From Diploschistes diacapsis (lineage: Eukaryota), in NCBI GenBank assembly GCA_023645945.1, contig JALAIB010000008.1, positions 1 through 54,306 of the forward strand: a DNA stretch of 54,306 nt. The letters are read 5' to 3'. Numbering within the stretch: position 1 is the stretch's first letter; each line of letters begins with the position of its first letter. Under the pieces are notes generated by a model. That model saw only the letters and a list, made by a program, of their open reading frames with translations, made no database searches and was not told where the DNA came from. Below are positions 48,628-54,306 of the stretch, piece by piece. The position numbers were made by a program, and so were the translations under genes.

Positions 48628-49212
48628 ATGTCTTCAGTCGCTTTTTCCAAAGGCGGCTTCGACTCCTGCTATTCTCGTCTGCTCGAGCTTAAACCACCTC
48701 TTCTCCCTCCCTCAAAGCCGACGGACACATCTCTTGCAGATGCCATTTCCTCTCTGTATCTGCATCCAGCTCTCGAAGCCGCCTTGCACATTCTGAACAA
48801 CGACTTGCCATCCGCGCACTTCCTAGTTCGGCACATGGAAGCGGCCCCTGCCTATGAATCGATGTATCTTCACGGCATTCTGCATCGTATCGAAGGCGAT
48901 TACGACAATGCGAGGGCCTGGTACGAGGACGTTAGGTCATCAGGTGTCTTTCAACACAATTGGAAGAGCGGCATAGATGCCTCGAAATTCATCGATGAGA
49001 TCGAGGCCTTCAACAGAGAGAAGCGGGGTTCACAGAGCGATCTTGAAGCTCGGAGCGTTGCAGAGATCAAGGGCGTCATCGACTATTGTGTCAAAAGATT
49101 TGGTATTGGAATGTTACAGGACGCCCGTGAGGTATGGGTGAAGTCTGAAGGGGATTTGAAGAAGCTCGGGCAAGATATGGTATCTGGGGATAAAGGTTAC
49201 AGGAAGTTCTAA
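48628..49212 (+). CDS. Conserved hypothetical helical protein
   Basis: 194-aa ORF with the block LHPALEAALHILNNDLPSAHFLVRHM...LHGILHRIEGDYDNARAWY. Confidence 0.78.
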   Translation: MSSVAFSKGGFDSCYSRLLELKPPLLPPSKPTDTSLADAISSLYLHPALEAALHILNNDLPSAHFLVRHMEAAPAYESMYLHGILHRIEGDYDNARAWYEDVRSSGVFQHNWKSGIDASKFIDEIEAFNREKRGSQSDLEARSVAEIKGVIDYCVKRFGIGMLQDAREVWVKSEGDLKKLGQDMVSGDKGYRKF

Positions 49213-49458
49213 GGTCCGATCATCGACGTCCAAGTTTCTTGCGAGCGTGGCTGTGCAGGAACGTGTGGGGGCGGGACAAGGTGTAGATCTTTTTTTAAAA
49301 GTGTCCGCCTAAGTTGCAGCGGTTTGTCAATGTCATTTTGACCAATGATTCCAATGTTAACGTGAGCCGCCGCAGTATATAATGAACGAAATGGAAGCTT
49401 GCTCCGTGCCTGACGCTCGTCGGCGAACCTGGAGTACTCCGCAGTCTTGGTTGCAATC

Positions 49459-51404
49459 ATGTACTCACGTATACGACTATGGCTTCTCCTCGCGAATCTA
49501 GTGCTGCCATCGACAGCGTATGATTATGTGATCGTCGGAGGTGTACGCAACAATGGTCCCGTTCTAAAGGGTTTTCTCTTATATGTATAGGGAACATGCG
49601 GGCTAACCGTTGCGAATCGGTTATCGGAGAACCCCAACGTTACAGTCGCTGTGATTGAGGCGGGGACCTTGCAAGAGAACAACCCAAACGTAACAGCCTG
49701 GGATAGCTTTGAGAAGGCCTTCAATACCAGCATTGACTGGCAATATCTTACGGCGAAGCAGCAGTATGCTGGGAACCAAGAGCTCATCTATCACTCTGGA
49801 AAGGCCCTCGGAGGAACGAGCACTATCAATGGTCTGGCATCTACAGAAAATTGCTAAGCTGAACGCACACTGATCACTAACAGGTATGACCTACGTTCGA
49901 GCCGAAAAGGCGCAAATTGATGCCTGGGAGACTGTGGGTAATAGGGGATGGAACTGGGACAACTTGTACCGGTATTACAAGAAGTCGGAGCATTTTGACA
50001 ATGCAACGCAGAATCAGCTTGCTGTGGACGGTGTTTCTTACATTAGCGAGTATCATGGCTTCGACGGGCCTCTGCATGTCGGATATCCTGTCGAGCTGAA
50101 CAATGGCACCTTTCACGAAACCGCAAACGCAACGGTGCAGGCTCTAGGGATTCCTTTTAACCCAGACGTCAACGGAGGGCACATGCGAGGCTACACTGTC
50201 TGGCAAAGTACTTTTAATCGGGTTGCTAATGTACGCGCGGACGCTGCGAGAGAATTTTACCTTCCCATTCAAGGTAGATCCAACCTCAATGTCTACACGT
50301 CCACGACGGCAAACAGGATAACCTGGGGTGCTGCAAACAACTCGATAGATGCGAACGGTGTGGAAGTCACACTTGCAAACAACAAGACCATGGTCGTTCA
50401 TGCTACCAAAGAAGTCATCGTTTCGGCAGGCTCGTTGCGGAGTCCTGCACTTCTGGAGCTTTCTGGTGTAGGCAATCCTGAGTGAGTATGCTTCTAGACT
50501 GGAATTATCTTTTACTGACATCGAAGGATCTTGAACAAATCTAATGTTTCGGTACGGATTCCATTGAATGCAGTAGGCGAGAACCTCCAAGATCAAACGA
50601 ATGTAGCCCTCATTGCCCGTGGCAATCTCAACTTCACCGGGACCGGTCCATACGTAGTCTATGCCAATCTAACTGATGTTTTCGGTCAAGGCCTGTCAAA
50701 GGTGTCCGATTCCAGTATCGCATCCTGGGCCCAGACAGTCTCCCAGGCGAACGACGGCTACGTCAACGCCACAGCCCTGGAGACACTCTTCAAAATCCAG
50801 CACGACCTTGTCTTCAAGCAGATGGTCTCAGATGCCGAGATTATCGTCACAGCCTCCAGTAGCAATGTCGCTACAGTCCAATGGGGTCTGATGCCTTTTT
50901 CCAGGGGTAGTGTGCATATCGCCTCCGCAAACCCACTCGACACGCCGCATATTGATCCCAAGCTCTTCGTTGCCGACGTGGACCTGACGATACAAACTGC
51001 AATCCTAAGGTTCGGGCGGTCTGTTTTCTATACGAAGCCGATGTCGGATCTTGTTTCGCAAGAGCTGGTGCCTGGTACATCGGCCGTGCCATTGAACGCA
51101 ACTGATGCAGAATGGGCGCCATTTGTTAAAGCTAGTAGTAAGTCTTATCTGCACCTCTGGAGATGTCTTCATGAGTACTAAAGATAGCTCAACAGCTACG
51201 CCAAATTTCCACCCAATTGGCACGGTGTCTATGTTACCGAAAGAGCTCGGGGGTGTTGTGGACTCAAGCTTGCGAGTGTACGGAACGAGCAATGTACGAG
51301 TAGTAGACGCCTCGGTCATGCCCTTTCAGGTCAGCGGGCATCTGACAAGCACACTATATGCGTTATCAGAGAAGGCTGCAGATCTTATTAAGGCGGATAT
51401 GTAG
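49459..51404 (+). CDS. Secreted GMC oxidoreductase (AA3_2; FAD glucose dehydrogenase/glucose oxidase clade), ~5 exons
   Basis: Signal peptide [20 protein letters not shown], then [57 protein letters not shown]. His/His catalytic pair in PNFHPIGT and SGHLTSTLY. Confidence 0.92.
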
Positions 51405-52161
51405 TGAGCCGTACAAAGCTGTATAACTACCTCATAAAGACTTACTCTATGAGTCTTTGTTGTTCTGCTGCCATCAGCTGCTTGATGACAACGGCTCATG
51501 TGTATGCGCAGCATGACCTGGCATTGCCTTGCACCCTTGATGCATGTTCAAACAGATTGGTACTTTTCTGGAGGATAGTAATGGAACGTTAAAGACTCCT
51601 TACTGGCAATTGAACGTGATTTAAGTAATAGCATTTGGTGCTACTTTCCCCCTATCACTGAGAACATGCTTCTATAGAGTGAGCAAGATCCCGCGGCCCC
51701 TTGTGGTAGCTTCATCAGTCGCAACAAGCAGCGACATATCCTAAGGTCCTCACGGTAAGGTGGTTCAACGAGTAACGTTTAAGTTTCTTCTCCGCAGGAA
51801 GGATTCTTCCCACAGGGCTTCGGAGGACTCAAGCAGTTTGTGAAATTGTTTCAGATCACGAATAACAACAAGTGCGAATTTTCTCTCGCTGTGTAACTCA
51901 AGGGTGCCGTATCTTCCATTGAAAGAACCGGGCGCTCTCCGCTGAACCATTATGCATCGGAGGTAAGGTATATTTCTTCTCAATGTAAGCGAATTTCTAG
52001 GAGAACCAGCTGAGGTCGAACCTGAAGAGCGAGACAGAGATACCTGAGAAGTTCCTTCGTTGCATGGATGACCTTAGCATGATTCGGTTATGAAATCTGA
52101 CGGTAAGATCAATCCAGGTGCATCCTTTAATCCTTTCTGGGTCGGTTCCCTGTCCGGCATC

Positions 52162-53358
52162 CTATACAGACTCGGATCTCGGTGCATGACAGGAGTTTAG
52201 GTCATGGTTGATCTGGTCTCTATCTCCTGGAAGGTGGGCCAGCGCTATCCTGAAATATTGCTTTGCTGCTTCGAAATCCGCAAGTGCCTTGCAGGCCTTG
52301 CCAGTACGATAGTAGATCTTGCCCATTTCCTTGGAAGCCACAAATTCGTGCATGGGCTCATCATCACCCCCAACGGCCTGGCGCATAAGATTGATGGACC
52401 TTTCACCCCAGAAGCGCGCTTCTTCGTAGTTCTCCAAGTTGACGTACGCGTGGACGACATTCGCAACGAGCTGTACTCGTAGTCTGAGCCGAGCTATGTG
52501 ACCATATTGCCCTTTGAACGTCCCTTCGGTGATCTCGGTCTGGAAGAAAGGGTCCGCCATCACGGATCTTCGGCGTCCCTCACAGACAATATGGACTGCG
52601 AGGAACGCTTGCTCGTATAGTTCGATTGCCTCTCGGTATCGCTTCCCTTGGAGCGCCGTGTTCCCCTCGCCTTTAAGGCGCATGGCTTCTTCTAGGCATG
52701 CTGTGGGCGACTTGTACGGGATGGCCATTTCATCCCTCATCGACTTTTCTATTGAGGGATAATGCTCGCCTTTGATAGTGACGTGGTATAGTCCTTTAAC
52801 AACACCGAACGGTTCCAGCAGCCTTCTTTGCAGAGCTTTCGAGACTGGCCTTGGATCAAAGGGAGGTGCGTAGGGATCTTGAAGGACCAGAGTGAGCCTC
52901 AGGTGGGCATTCAAGCCTGGAAGTCCAAGATCTGAGTAGAACCACATATTGCAGAATCGTTTCAGATCGTCAACAAGGATGAGAAAGCGAACCAGGGCAT
53001 CTTTGCGACTATGTCCCGGTGCGTCAATCGTAACGCCAAGATGGTAGTCCTTGAACATCCTCGCCTTCTCGCCGGTCGCCAAAATCGGAACGAACCCCTC
53101 CATTCGAACATGTTGTTGGGCTTCATGCCACGGCGTTGCAATTACCACGAACACGTTATTGTCCCTGAATATTTTCCGGGCTTCGTAGTAGAGCTGTTGG
53201 TTGACTCTGAAAATGCTCAGGTCAAAGGCGTACGCCTTATGGCCATCCCCAAGATCTCGTGTATTCTCAACCGGCGCGAGCGCTTTGAGGTAGATGAGTT
53301 CTCTGAGCTCGCCGGGCAATCGGAGGAAAGGGAAATGCTGGTCACCGCGGGACATCAT
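52162..53358 (-). CDS. Hypothetical protein with an N-terminal F-box-like motif and C-terminal TPR repeats
   Basis: FPFLRLPGELRELIY...VNQQLYYEA; TPR-like AMRLKGEGNTALQGKRYREAIELYEQA and KIYYRTGKACKALADFEAAKQYFRIAL. Confidence 0.75.
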   Translation of the reverse strand: MMSRGDQHFPFLRLPGELRELIYLKALAPVENTRDLGDGHKAYAFDLSIFRVNQQLYYEARKIFRDNNVFVVIATPWHEAQQHVRMEGFVPILATGEKARMFKDYHLGVTIDAPGHSRKDALVRFLILVDDLKRFCNMWFYSDLGLPGLNAHLRLTLVLQDPYAPPFDPRPVSKALQRRLLEPFGVVKGLYHVTIKGEHYPSIEKSMRDEMAIPYKSPTACLEEAMRLKGEGNTALQGKRYREAIELYEQAFLAVHIVCEGRRRSVMADPFFQTEITEGTFKGQYGHIARLRLRVQLVANVVHAYVNLENYEEARFWGERSINLMRQAVGGDDEPMHEFVASKEMGKIYYRTGKACKALADFEAAKQYFRIALAHLPGDRDQINHDLNSCHAPRSESV

Positions 53359-53859
53359 CCAGGTTAGTCTGCTCTAAGTTACTGCTTTCCTATATGTAAC
53401 GAAACAGAAGAGATGAGGTTAAGGCCGTGCACCAGACGTCGTAGATGTACGCGTAGATCGACGTGACAATACGTAGTACGCTGGCGCAACAAATGTCGTA
53501 GATGTATAAATATGTAATGATTTGATACTTCTTTTTCTCGGACTTGGCTCCCTCTTCTTTATCGGACTTTAGTTAACTAAAATCCGACTACATTGTCTCT
53601 GCACCAATAGATTTTTAACATAGTAACATAGATCCCAACAACCCCGTGTGAGGCACGCTTGTATTCTGCTTCATAGAAGACTCTTTGCAAAGTGAAGTGC
53701 TGCCCCCCTTATGCATCCAATGCTTGCTCACTGATCTAAGGGTATTGGGCTGCGAGCTACAGCGAGCTTACAACACTACAGGGCGATTCGGGAGCACCAC
53801 CTGCTCCCTACCCCGTCCATACAAACCTCGTAGGGCTGACAATTAATCTATATACACGC

Positions 53860-54306
53860 TAAGTTAGGTCCTACATAAATTTATATATGCATTTCCTTTA
53901 ATATTCATGTCACGTGATAACATTTCTTATTATTAAAACTTCTTTTTTTTTATATATTTTAGAGTTCTTTTTTAGAGTTTAATATATCGCTTATTAAATT
54001 ATTTAAATAATTAATATCTAAATAAACTTCTTACGATATTATTAACTATTAATTAACCTTACGCGCCTTATATTTTACCCTTCTTTTCTCTTTTTTCGTC
54101 TGTTCTTTTAATTATTTTGTTTATTTTTTTTCCTTTTTCTTTTATTTTTATACTAATATCTTTATAAATTTTATCGCCGCCGTTTCTTTCGTCGCGTTCT
54201 TCGCCGCCGTTTTTTAATCTTTTGTTACCGTTGTTGTTATTATCGTTATCGTTTTTTCTTTTATTTTAATTTTGATAGTTTTTCGTTTCCGTCGCTTATT
54301 TATTGT
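53860..54306. mobile_element. AT-rich, RIP-like degenerate repeat/transposon relic running off the window end
   Basis: GC drops abruptly. From ~53941 on, CpA is essentially absent, TpA is abundant and CpG islets (cgccgccg, cgtcgcg) are retained. No ORF is present and the element class cannot be identified. Confidence 0.65.

Noticed and set aside
51700..52160. 72-aa minus-strand ORF with a faint echo (DLKQF vs DLKRF) of the adjacent TPR protein
   Set aside because: The similarity is too short to support a duplicated pseudogene.
1..54306. tRNA, rRNA or intact transposase/reverse-transcriptase genes
   Set aside because: None recognised by eye. tRNAscan-SE, Infernal and RepeatMasker would be needed to exclude them formally.

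Overview
This is a gene-dense, intron-containing window from a filamentous ascomycete (Pezizomycotina-type genes, short GT-AG introns with CTRAY branch sites). Positions ~1-24.4 kb are a housekeeping block: MTC4-like, SYM1/MPV17, eIF4E, ACSF3-type malonyl-CoA synthetase, BolA, RPS2/uS5, an SDR, DNA polymerase kappa, an Ady2/GPR1 acetate transporter, MEMO1 and two conserved hypotheticals. From ~25.6 kb the window becomes accessory. The main result is a secondary-metabolite cluster: a ~2386-aa highly reducing PKS (KS-AT-DH-pseudoMT-ER-KR-ACP, no release domain) sits head-to-head with a stand-alone alpha/beta thiohydrolase. These are followed by an MFS exporter, an SDR and a divergent but intact GPI7/PIG-G-type ethanolamine-phosphate transferase. 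This layout matches my recollection of the rare fungal clusters that make phosphoethanolamine/phosphocholine-decorated macrolides, here without a visible P450 or regulator. Downstream are a small membrane protein, a GT2 glycosyltransferase, a hypothetical, a secreted GMC (GDH/GOx-type) oxidoreductase and an F-box-like/TPR protein. The window ends in a RIP-like AT-rich tract. All family assignments come from motif recognition and hand-splicing, not from database searches.
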